Assembly: GCA_011773475.1 (NCBI GenBank)
Contig: WVXN01000047.1
Span: forward strand, 1,979 to 64,119
Length of the DNA stretch: 62,141 nucleotides
Origin: Candidatus Aenigmatarchaeota archaeon
GTDB lineage: Archaea; Aenigmatarchaeota; Aenigmatarchaeia; Aenigmatarchaeales; Aenigmatarchaeaceae
Reading direction: 5' to 3'
Part shown: positions 27,046-35,457 of the stretch, in pieces
Position numbering within the stretch: the stretch's first letter is position 1
Layout of the letters: each line of letters opens with the position of its first letter
Notes under the pieces: generated by a model
Databases searched by the model: none
What the model was told of the DNA's origin: nothing
The model's input: only the letters and a program-made list of their open reading frames with translations
Position numbers and translations under genes: made by a program

Positions 27046-28122
27046 ATGTCTGAGATTGATATTAAAAGATTGTTAGCAGAAAAAAAGCCCACCATAGACA
27101 AAATAATTGAAAAGTGGATACCTAAACAATTTGACATGGATTTTATGAATTTTGTTTTTGGAGAAGCTAAGTATAAGTTTAATTTAGATTGTGTGAATAA
27201 AACCATTACTGAGCCTATATGGGAATTCTTGGACAGGGGTGGAAAAAGATGGAGGCCAAGCTTGTTTTTGTTAACTGTTGAAGCTTTAGGAGGAGACAAG
27301 AACAAAGTTTTTGATTTTGTTGTAATACCAGAGATCATTCATAATGGAACATTGTTTGTAGATGATATTGAAGACAGAAGTGAGATAAGAAGAGGAAAAC
27401 CCTGTACTTACAAAATATACGGTTTGGATGTAACCATTAATACTGGAAACATGATGTACTACCTACCTCTAATGCCTTTGCTAAAACACAAAGATAAATT
27501 TGATCCAGAAACCCTTCTTAAAGTCCATGAAACTTATGTCAGAGAAATGACAAATCTAGGTTTAGGACAAGCAATGGATATAGCATGGCACAATGGAATG
27601 TGTAATGCAGATAATTTAACTGAAGAAGAATATTTGCAAATGTGCGCATTTAAAACAGGGACCTTAGCTAGAATGTCAGCTAAAATCGCTGCAATACTTT
27701 CAGGTGCAGACGATGAGTTAATAGAAAGTATAGGTAATTATGCTGAAACAGTTGGGATTGCATTTCAAATACAAGACGATATCTTAAACCTAGTTGAAGG
27801 AGAATTTACAGATAAAAAGGGATTAGGAGAAGATATAACAGAAGGAAAAAGAAGTTTGCCAGTTATAAGAAGTTTAAGAAAAGCAAATGAAAATGATAGA
27901 AAAAGATTATTAGGAATTCTCAAGATGCATACAACTGATCAGAAATTAAGAGATGAGGCAATAGCAATAATCAAGAAATATAATTCCGTTGAGTATGCAA
28001 AAGAAAAATCTAGGAATATGATAAGAGAGGCTTGGAGAGGACTTGATAAATTACTACCAGAATCAGAAGCTAAAACTAAGTTAAAGGCTTTTGCTGACTA
28101 CCTGATTGAGAGGAAGATTTAA
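27046..28122 (+). CDS. Polyprenyl (geranylgeranyl) diphosphate synthase
   Basis: First Asp-rich motif FVDDIEDRSEIRRG, second motif FQIQDDILN, KT/GKR motifs. SD aaggaga upstream. Confidence 0.9.
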   Translation: MSEIDIKRLLAEKKPTIDKIIEKWIPKQFDMDFMNFVFGEAKYKFNLDCVNKTITEPIWEFLDRGGKRWRPSLFLLTVEALGGDKNKVFDFVVIPEIIHNGTLFVDDIEDRSEIRRGKPCTYKIYGLDVTINTGNMMYYLPLMPLLKHKDKFDPETLLKVHETYVREMTNLGLGQAMDIAWHNGMCNADNLTEEEYLQMCAFKTGTLARMSAKIAAILSGADDELIESIGNYAETVGIAFQIQDDILNLVEGEFTDKKGLGEDITEGKRSLPVIRSLRKANENDRKRLLGILKMHTTDQKLRDEAIAIIKKYNSVEYAKEKSRNMIREAWRGLDKLLPESEAKTKLKAFADYLIERKI

Positions 28123-28156
28123 AAAGTTTCTTAAACCACTAAATAGTAGTGATTAA

Positions 28157-28843
28157 ATGACCAAAGTAGATGAGATTGTAGGATTTTTAAAACAAAATAT
28201 TAAAGAACCTCCAAAAAGGATTTTAGATCTTTGTTGTGGATACGGAGAGTTGGTAAACGCATTTTCATCCACTTATCCTCATAGCACAGTTTATGGTCTA
28301 GATATTAATCGTGAAGCATTAGCCTTTGGAATAGTTAAAGGAAGATTTAAAAAAGCTGTTCCAGTTCATGGTGATGCTTTTAATTTAGGTAAAGAAGATC
28401 CTAACTTTACATTAGTTCATTTTGATCCGAATCCGAAAAATTACATAGAAGGACATGTTGATTTAAGAGAAGTAGAACATACAAAATTAAAAGAATCTTT
28501 AAAAGATTTTGATTTAGTGACTGCTGTTAATCCCTTTAATAAAATTCCAACAAGTCTGTTTTATCGTTTTCAATTAGGAAAACTGCAAGAAGTTCCTATA
28601 ACACCTGATATAATTTCTTTACCAGCAAAAAAAGGAGGACATGTTCTTTACGAAATGGAAATAGCTCATCGAGCAGGTATGAATTTCCGTTATGAACCTG
28701 AAGATATTACTGAAAAAATTACTGGAAAATTTTTAAATAAAATGATAAATAATATTAAGAATCCAAATTTGGAATACGTCTCTCATAATGTCATAAATGG
28801 AAACGATTCAAAAGATTTAGCTGTTTTATTTAAAAAAACTTAA
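28157..28843 (+). CDS. SAM-dependent methyltransferase-like protein
   Basis: ILDLCCGYGE (motif I), GLDIN, HGDAF, VNPFN (NPPY-like). Embedded between the GGPPS and IPK genes. Confidence 0.5.
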   Translation: MTKVDEIVGFLKQNIKEPPKRILDLCCGYGELVNAFSSTYPHSTVYGLDINREALAFGIVKGRFKKAVPVHGDAFNLGKEDPNFTLVHFDPNPKNYIEGHVDLREVEHTKLKESLKDFDLVTAVNPFNKIPTSLFYRFQLGKLQEVPITPDIISLPAKKGGHVLYEMEIAHRAGMNFRYEPEDITEKITGKFLNKMINNIKNPNLEYVSHNVINGNDSKDLAVLFKKT

Positions 28844-28849
28844 ATATTA

Positions 28850-29662
28850 ATGGTGCTGTTTATGGAAAATCTCATACTTCTTAAATTAGGTGGAAGCTTA
28901 ATTACTGATAAAACTAAACCATTCACTACCAGACCAGATATCATCAAAAGATTAACACGGGAAATACATGAAGCTAGAAAGAAAAAGGATATTAAATTAA
29001 TTATAGGACATGGTGGAGGTTCATTTCCCCATAAACCTGCAAAAGATTACAGAACAGATTTGGGAGTAATAGATAAAGATAGTTTCAAAGGAATAGTAGC
29101 AGTGCAAGATGCAGCAGCAAATCTAAACAGAATTGTTGTAAACTCTTTAATAGAAGCTGGTGAAAATGCCATTTCTTTTAACCCTTCTTCATCTGTTATA
29201 GCAGAAGAAAGTATAGTCAAGCATTGGCATTTGGAACCTATGAAAATGATGTTGAAATATGATTTGGTTCCTGTTGTATATGGAGATGTGGTAATAGATG
29301 TTAGAAGAGGCTGTTCCATAATTTCTACAGAAGAAATTTTAAATTTTTTATCAAGAGACCTAGATTCTAAAAGAATTATTCTTGTAGGAATAACAGATGG
29401 TGTTTTTGATAAAGATCCTAACAAGTATCCAGATGCAAAATTAATACCAGAAATAAATTCAGAGAATTATCTAAAAGTCAGAGAACATCTTGGAGGAAGT
29501 GCAGGAATTGATGTTACCGGTGGAATGCTTCATAAGGTTGACCAAATGTTTTTATTGACAAAATTTGGAATTGAATCTGAAATAATAAACGGAGAAAAAG
29601 AAGGTTTTCTTAAAAGAACCTTATTGGGAGAAAGAGGATTGGGAACAGTTATTAAAGCTTAA
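28850..29662 (+). CDS. ipk: Isopentenyl phosphate kinase
   Basis: KLGGSLITDK, GHGGGSFPH and IDVTGGM, collinear with characterised archaeal IPKs (amino-acid-kinase fold). Confidence 0.85.
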   Translation: MVLFMENLILLKLGGSLITDKTKPFTTRPDIIKRLTREIHEARKKKDIKLIIGHGGGSFPHKPAKDYRTDLGVIDKDSFKGIVAVQDAAANLNRIVVNSLIEAGENAISFNPSSSVIAEESIVKHWHLEPMKMMLKYDLVPVVYGDVVIDVRRGCSIISTEEILNFLSRDLDSKRIILVGITDGVFDKDPNKYPDAKLIPEINSENYLKVREHLGGSAGIDVTGGMLHKVDQMFLLTKFGIESEIINGEKEGFLKRTLLGERGLGTVIKA

Positions 29663-29674
29663 TTTAAATTTCTT

Positions 29675-29693
29675 TTACCACCTTTGGTGGTAA
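29675..29693. promoter_or_regulatory. TATA-proximal palindrome TTACCACC-ttt-GGTGGTAA (putative operator or RNA hairpin), copy 1
   Basis: 8-bp perfect inverted repeat starting 6 nt after TATA-like tttaaat (29663-29669), followed by caaa. A second copy lies at 31054-31072. Confidence 0.5.
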
Positions 29694-29731
29694 CAAATCT
29701 ATTTTCAATCTAAGCTCTATTAGATTTTAAT

Positions 29732-30040
29732 ATGCCTGAAGAAATAATAGGAAACAGATTAACTTCTGAAAAAATTAAAGTTCTAGGAAATTCAGATGAA
29801 ATTTCAATAAAATTTTCTCCATTTGAAGGTTATACTGAAATTGGTAAAAAAATTGAAAGTGAATTGAAAAGAAGATATGGAACAGATGGAATAGAACCCG
29901 ATTTGGATGGAAATAAAATGAGGTATGAAGGAGAAAAGCACAGATCTTGGTCTCATGATTGTGGCAGTACTTACTGTAATGGTTTAGGAGACACCTACTA
30001 TGTCAGCGGAGAGGAGCTCCAAGAGATTGCAGGAAGTTAA
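29732..30040 (+). CDS. Hypothetical protein (102 aa)
   Basis: Open frame downstream of the internal TATA/palindrome. Overlaps the MVK-like start by 41 nt. No family recognised. Confidence 0.35.
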   Translation: MPEEIIGNRLTSEKIKVLGNSDEISIKFSPFEGYTEIGKKIESELKRRYGTDGIEPDLDGNKMRYEGEKHRSWSHDCGSTYCNGLGDTYYVSGEELQEIAGS

Positions 30041-31046
30041 AGCTTCTGCTCCCGGCAAAGTAATACTATTTGGGGAGCATTCTGTAGTTTATAACGGGTT
30101 AGGAATAGCTTCAAGTGTTGATAAAAGATGTTTTGTTACAGTTAATCAAAATATCAAAAAAAATGTTTTGATTTATAGTAAAGATTTGAATTTAAAAAGG
30201 TCTTTTAAAGAAAATGAACTTTTTAAATTTTTTGACAAAATTGAGGAATTAAAAAAAGAAAATAAGTTTGATGAAATAAAAAAAATTGGAAAGAAACACA
30301 AACTAAATGCATTATTTTTTGTGATAGCCAGTTTAATGAAAAAGTATGGTTTTAAATCACTAAATATTTTAATTGAAACAGAAGTTCCTAAGAATTTAGG
30401 TTCAAGCTCTTCTCTATTTTCTTCAATTGCTTTGGCAGTTTCAAAATTTCTAGGGAAAAATTTGTCTAAAAAAGAAATTTCAGATTTTGCTTATGAGGGA
30501 GATATAATTGCACATGGTGGTACACCATCTGGCATTGACAATTCAATAGTAACTCATGGAAAATATATTCAGTACAAAAGATCTGAAGGAATAAAATTTC
30601 TTGATATTAATTTTAAACTTCCTTTGATTTTTGTGGATAGTGGAGAACCATCTAGAACAGGAGATACTGTTCCCTATATTAGATATCAGAGAGAAGAGAA
30701 TCAAAAATTTGTTGATCAAATATTAGAGAGATTAAATTATATTTCTATTCAATCTTTGGATGCTTTGAAAGAACAAAACTTAGAATTAATAGGAAAATTA
30801 ATGCTAGATTATTATTCTGAATTGAAAAAACTGAATATCTCAACAGAGAGATTAGATAAAATAATTGATATTTCTGTTGAGAATAAAGCTCTTGGAGCAA
30901 AACCAACTGGTGGTTGGGGAGGTGGTTGTTGTATTGTTTTAGCTAGAGACCAAAAGCATGCAGAAGATTTAATAAAAATCTATAAAAACAATGGTTTTCA
31001 CCCTTTTCAAGCTAAAATAGGAGTAGGAGGTGTTGAGGTAATATAA
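30000..31046 (+). CDS. GHMP kinase, mevalonate-kinase-like (divergent copy 1)
   Basis: ASAPGKVILFGEHSVVY, GHMP motif LGSSSSL, atypical motif III PTGGWGGGCC. MVK versus PMK role not assignable by eye. Confidence 0.75.
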   Translation: MSAERSSKRLQEVKASAPGKVILFGEHSVVYNGLGIASSVDKRCFVTVNQNIKKNVLIYSKDLNLKRSFKENELFKFFDKIEELKKENKFDEIKKIGKKHKLNALFFVIASLMKKYGFKSLNILIETEVPKNLGSSSSLFSSIALAVSKFLGKNLSKKEISDFAYEGDIIAHGGTPSGIDNSIVTHGKYIQYKRSEGIKFLDINFKLPLIFVDSGEPSRTGDTVPYIRYQREENQKFVDQILERLNYISIQSLDALKEQNLELIGKLMLDYYSELKKLNISTERLDKIIDISVENKALGAKPTGGWGGGCCIVLARDQKHAEDLIKIYKNNGFHPFQAKIGVGGVEVI

Positions 31047-31053
31047 ATCTTTA

Positions 31054-31072
31054 TTACCACTGAGGGTGGTAA
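31054..31072. promoter_or_regulatory. TATA-proximal palindrome TTACCAC-tgagg-GTGGTAA, copy 2
   Basis: 7-bp inverted repeat starting 5 nt after tataaat (31043-31049), followed by caaaa. Same layout as 29675-29693. Confidence 0.5.
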
Positions 31073-31108
31073 CAAAATACCATAGGAGTTTTTTCGATAA
31101 ATAAAATA

Positions 31109-32107
31109 GTGAAAGGAACTGCTATAGCAACTCCAAATATAGCTTTAATTAAGTATTGGGGCAAAAGAAATGAGAAACTGATATTGCCAACAGGGAACAA
31201 CATATCCTTCACATTAGATGAACAGCTCGCAACAAAATCCACAGTAGAATTTTCTGAAAAGTATAAACAGGATGAACTTTGGATTAATGGTAAGAATTAT
31301 TCAAACCCCGAACAAATGAAAAAAAGTAAACCTCAATTAGATTTCATACGTGAGATAGCTGGAATAAATACAAAAGCTAAAGTTGTTGCTGAGAGTTTGG
31401 TTCCAGTAGCAGGAGGCTTGGCAGGATCAGCTTCTGGTCTTTGTGCTCAGGCCTTGGCAGCTGCCAAAGCTCTAAATCTTAGAGTCAGTAAAAAACAACT
31501 TTCAATTATTTGTAGAATTGGTTCTGGTTCTGCTTGTCGTTCTGTCTATGGAGGCTTCGTTGAATGGGAAAAAGGAGAAAGCCCAGATGGTTCAGATTCT
31601 CATGCAATTCAAATTGCTGATGAAAATCATTGGCCAGAATTTAGATGTATAATTGCTATTGTTGAGAAAAAAGAGAAAAAGGTAAAATCCAGAGCAGGAA
31701 TGAAAAAAACCGTTGAAACGAGTGTTTTATATCCTAAAAGAATTGAATATCTACCTTTAGCTGCTAATATTGTAAGAAATGCCATATTGAAAAAAGATTT
31801 GCCAACTTTGTTAGAAGCTACAATGCGTGACAGTAATAATATGCATTCTGTTATGCTTGATACATGGCCCCCAATAATTTATTTGAATGATGTGTCAAAG
31901 CAAGTGATTAATTCTATTCACGATTTTAACTCTGAAGGAATAAAAGCTGGTTATAGTTTTGATGCAGGTCCCAATCCAACTATTTTTACTGTCGAAAAAC
32001 ATGTTAATGAAATCAAAAATGTTCTAAAAGAAATTGAAAGAATTAAGGACATTATTGTATCTAAGTCAGGTAAGGGACCGAGAATCGTTGAAGATCATTT
32101 GATTTGA
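31109..32107 (+). CDS. Diphosphomevalonate decarboxylase family protein (MVD or phosphomevalonate decarboxylase)
   Basis: TAIATPNIALIKYWGKR, LPTGNNISFTL, GSGSACRS. GTG start. Confidence 0.85.
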   Translation: MKGTAIATPNIALIKYWGKRNEKLILPTGNNISFTLDEQLATKSTVEFSEKYKQDELWINGKNYSNPEQMKKSKPQLDFIREIAGINTKAKVVAESLVPVAGGLAGSASGLCAQALAAAKALNLRVSKKQLSIICRIGSGSACRSVYGGFVEWEKGESPDGSDSHAIQIADENHWPEFRCIIAIVEKKEKKVKSRAGMKKTVETSVLYPKRIEYLPLAANIVRNAILKKDLPTLLEATMRDSNNMHSVMLDTWPPIIYLNDVSKQVINSIHDFNSEGIKAGYSFDAGPNPTIFTVEKHVNEIKNVLKEIERIKDIIVSKSGKGPRIVEDHLI

Positions 32108-33075
32108 TGATTAAAATGGTCAAAGTCTCTGCTCCCGGAAAACTAATGCTTTTCGGTGATCATGCTGTTGTTCATAACAGGCCTTGCATAGTTACTGCTG
32201 TTGATCATAGAATAAGTGTTTCTTTGGATAAAAGAAATGATAATAAAATTATTTTAGATGCTCCTGACATGAATATTAAAAATTATAAAATTTCTTTGGA
32301 CAATTTAGGAAAACAACCTCCTAAAAAAGTTAGGTTTGTTCTTACTGCTATTAAAAATTTTTTTGAAAAATATAAAGTTGAGAGTGGTTTGGACATTAAA
32401 ACTAAAAGCGAATTTTCTAGTGAATTTGGTTTAGGCAGTTCTTCTGCAGTTACTGTTTCTACATTAAAAGCATTGTCTGAATTATTTGGAATTAAAATTA
32501 ATAACAAAGAATTGTTTGATCTTTCTTACAAAACTGTTTTAGACATTCAAGATGTTGGTTCAGGATTTGACGTGGCAGCTGCAATATATGGTGGGACATT
32601 ATATTTTGTTACTGGAGGAAAAGTTATAGAACCGATTTATATTAAAGAACTTCCTATGGTTGTTGGTTACACTGGTATTAAAGCAGACACAGCCACCCTG
32701 GTCAAAATGGTTTATAGGAAATTAGCTGAAGAACCAGAAATAATTAATAAGAATTTTGATGATATTGCAAGAATAGTAGATAAAGCTAAAATTGAAATCC
32801 AAAGAAACAATTGGAAAAGAGTTGGGGAATTGATGAATCTAAATCAAGAATTGTTAAGAGATATTGATGTTAGTTCTAAAGAATTGGAAAGATTAATATC
32901 AGCAGCTAAAAATGTGGGAGCATATGGAGCAAAATTATCAGGAGCTGGTGGTGGAGACTGCATGATTGCTGTAGCTGATAAAGAAAATTATAATAATGTT
33001 ATAAAAGCAATTGAAAAAGAGGATGGAACATTCATAGAAGTTAAACTTAATGCTGAAGGAGTGAGAATAGAATAA
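32104..33075 (+). CDS. mvk: GHMP kinase, mevalonate kinase-like (canonical copy 2)
   Basis: VSAPGKLMLFGDHAVVH, GLGSSSAV, KLSGAGGGDC. ATG at 32107 shares one base with the MVD stop (tgATG). Confidence 0.78.
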   Translation: MMIKMVKVSAPGKLMLFGDHAVVHNRPCIVTAVDHRISVSLDKRNDNKIILDAPDMNIKNYKISLDNLGKQPPKKVRFVLTAIKNFFEKYKVESGLDIKTKSEFSSEFGLGSSSAVTVSTLKALSELFGIKINNKELFDLSYKTVLDIQDVGSGFDVAAAIYGGTLYFVTGGKVIEPIYIKELPMVVGYTGIKADTATLVKMVYRKLAEEPEIINKNFDDIARIVDKAKIEIQRNNWKRVGELMNLNQELLRDIDVSSKELERLISAAKNVGAYGAKLSGAGGGDCMIAVADKENYNNVIKAIEKEDGTFIEVKLNAEGVRIE

Positions 33076-33152
33076 TTAATAAAAAAATTATTTTTCTTCA
33101 CTAAATTTTTGACCAGCAAATTTACTAAATGGAAGTGTGTGATATACTGTTT

Positions 33153-33223
33153 TCATGATTAATCTTAAAAATAGTAATCTTTTTATGCTTGATGGGAAAT
33201 GGGTTTAAATTTTTTAGTATTCT
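33153..33223. repeat. 71-bp direct repeat, copy 1 (divergent promoter unit containing P1 module)
   Basis: 70/71 identical to 34873-34943, offset 1720 bp. Starts at a minus-strand ATG (33156-33154) and contains gggtttaaat (33201-33210). Confidence 0.9.
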
Positions 33224-33234
33224 TTATTGATAAT

Positions 33235-34107
33235 ATGAGTTTGTACGAAGAAAAACAAGCATTGCCTTTTGATGTCTATTTCGAATTCCTCCAAAAGTTG
33301 AAGGTGGAGGATGAAGAATTGCATAGATATTTGTGCGAAATGGGTTTTGTAATAAAAAGCAAAGAATACTATGACAATTCTGTCAGAAGAGCTAAATATA
33401 TAGAAAGTAATGATTATTCTAGAGAAGTCTGGGAAATTTTGGCTGAGAGGGTTAAATCTAATGATATTGTACAGATTGACACTTACTGCTCCCAGTTGAA
33501 ATTCTTGCAAAATTCCATTGTTAAAGAAGGTGTTATAATAGATTTAGGTTGTGGAAGCGGAGATACCACAGAATGGATAAGAAGAAATACTCAAGCAGAA
33601 GTGATAGGTATTGATTACTCTAGAAACATGTTAAAAGAACATAAAAAACTCCAATCTGATCTTGTCCTTGGAGACTGTGAAAGGTTGCCAATAAAAAACT
33701 GTTCGATAGATCAAGCTCTCTTAACCTGGTTCACCTCAAACACAGACAGAAGAAAAATTTTAGATGAGGTTAAGAGAGTATTGAAACCTGAAGGAGAGGT
33801 TAGGTTATCTAGCATAGGATTTGTTGTAGGAGTGTGTTCGATTAACGCTAAAACTTATGACAGCTTTCTTAGAACTTTTATGGATAAATTTTATGAAGAT
33901 CCGGAGGTTCGAAAAAAGATATGCTTGAATATGGAATTTAGATATTGTAGAGATAAGAGTATTCAAGAGGAATTGGAAAATCTTGCTAGACTTGGGTTAG
34001 AGGAAAGTTATGAATTTTCTAGATTTCCTGTAATGCCAAGAGGTTCATCAGAATATTTTGTTTTTAATGTGCCAATGACGGTTGTAGGTAAAAAACCTAA
34101 AGCTTGA
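33235..34107 (+). CDS. Class I SAM-dependent methyltransferase
   Basis: VIIDLGCGSGDTT, CERLPIKNCSIDQA, LKPEGEV. ATG 33235 lies 28 nt after the TATA. The track start 33199 lies inside the promoter repeat. Confidence 0.68.
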   Translation: MSLYEEKQALPFDVYFEFLQKLKVEDEELHRYLCEMGFVIKSKEYYDNSVRRAKYIESNDYSREVWEILAERVKSNDIVQIDTYCSQLKFLQNSIVKEGVIIDLGCGSGDTTEWIRRNTQAEVIGIDYSRNMLKEHKKLQSDLVLGDCERLPIKNCSIDQALLTWFTSNTDRRKILDEVKRVLKPEGEVRLSSIGFVVGVCSINAKTYDSFLRTFMDKFYEDPEVRKKICLNMEFRYCRDKSIQEELENLARLGLEESYEFSRFPVMPRGSSEYFVFNVPMTVVGKKPKA

Positions 34108-34124
34108 AATTCTTGAAAGAAAGA

Positions 34125-34876
34125 TTAAATAGTAAATTTAGATGTTTTTCTGTTTCTATCCTTCTTTAGTCTAATAATAATTCCCTCTTCAACGTCTCTT
34201 AGATGCCTTAATTTAATATTTCTATAAATATCTGCTACAGAATCTCCAGCTTGAGATCTCAAATCATTCTCAAATTTTCTTCCCATAGATGCTGCATCTT
34301 CACATTCTGGTCTGCATGGCAAAAATTCTTCTAGACAAAAAGAATCTGGATTTATTTTTTTGTTTTTCTTTTGATAGGATTTTACAAATTCTCTTATTCT
34401 TTCATCAGGGTCTAAAGGGTAAGAAAGATCTTTAATATATGCATTAATACAACATGTAGGATAATTCAACATAGTTCCAATTTTTTGGTGGAATGGTGGA
34501 AATATTTGTTCTAGAATATCTAAATAGTTAAGGGGTTCTAAAAAATGTAAATTATCAATCTCATCTGATTTTTCTTCAGTTGAAAATGTAAAACCTGTAT
34601 AGCCAAATGGCTTTATGACGGAAAATGATAACCTGTAAGATGGTCTAACTTTGAATCCTAAACCTAATCGTTGTGCATATTTTCTGTCTTTTTCATATTG
34701 GATTTTAGATCTAACATAAAATCGAGAAACATCTCTACTACCTGTATTTAAGAGTAAAAAATCTTCTATAAAGTGTATAGCTTTTCTTGATTTTTCTGAG
34801 ATATTAAAACTTTTAACTGCTTTTTTGGGTCAAGTATTTTATTTATGTTAATATCTTGAGAGTAGCTTATCGTCAT
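34125..34876 (-). pseudogene. Cys-rich protein gene (YPTCC...C-x4-C) split by a frameshift at A_AAA_AAG; either a pseudogene or a -1 recoding site
   Basis: ATG at 34876 opens a 36-codon frame. The long frame (34829 to 34125) has no start codon before M at 34472. The two frames join by a -1 shift on the minus-strand heptamer A AAA AAG (plus 34820-34826). Confidence 0.5.
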
Positions 34877-34943
34877 GATTAATCTTAAAAATAGTAATCT
34901 TTTTATGCTTGATGGGAAATGGGTTTAAATTTTTTAGTGTTCT
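34873..34943. repeat. 71-bp direct repeat, copy 2
   Basis: See 33153-33223. Again a minus-strand ATG (34876) at its left edge and a plus-strand gene 11 nt to its right. Confidence 0.9.
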
Positions 34944-34953
34944 ATCTAAAAGT

Positions 34954-35403
34954 ATGGAAGAAGTCAAATACCTAACCTTTGAAGAAGCAACAAAACTAAA
35001 TGGTTTCAATACTCCGTATGAAGTAAAAAAGAAAGGTTTTGAGCTTCAGCTAATAACATCTGAGTCATTTAGGGAATTACCCAAAAGAGGGAGTAGAGCC
35101 TTTATAGATGGTGATAAACGTTTGTACATAAACATTGGTGAAGAACGCTATTTTGTTTATGTCGGATCATACGATGGTGGTTTTATATTATCAAGAGAGC
35201 CTGTGGTTGGTGTTGGACTTTCTCTTAATACTATGGCAAAAGTTCTAACGAAAGAATCTTCATGGAAACATGAAAAATTTATGAAAAGATTTAAAACCAA
35301 ACTTGGGGAACATATAAAAATATTGGAAGAGGCTGGGTTGGTTGATCCTAGCTTAAAACAATTAACTCTGGAGATGGCAGAAGAAATAAAACTTAAATCC
35401 TGA
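34954..35403 (+). CDS. Hypothetical protein (149 aa)
   Basis: ATG 27 nt after TATA tttaaat (34924-34930). The last codons and stop (cttaaatccTGA) form part of a P2 module. Confidence 0.5.
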   Translation: MEEVKYLTFEEATKLNGFNTPYEVKKKGFELQLITSESFRELPKRGSRAFIDGDKRLYINIGEERYFVYVGSYDGGFILSREPVVGVGLSLNTMAKVLTKESSWKHEKFMKRFKTKLGEHIKILEEAGLVDPSLKQLTLEMAEEIKLKS

Positions 35404-35457
35404 CTTTTCTATATATTATGTATGCATTAATAAACTGAATTCTCTATATTCTTAGAT

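Noticed and set aside
31054-31242. 62-aa minus-strand ORF
   Set aside because: It overlaps the intercistronic palindrome and the conserved N-terminus of the MVD homologue, and has no promoter or SD of its own.
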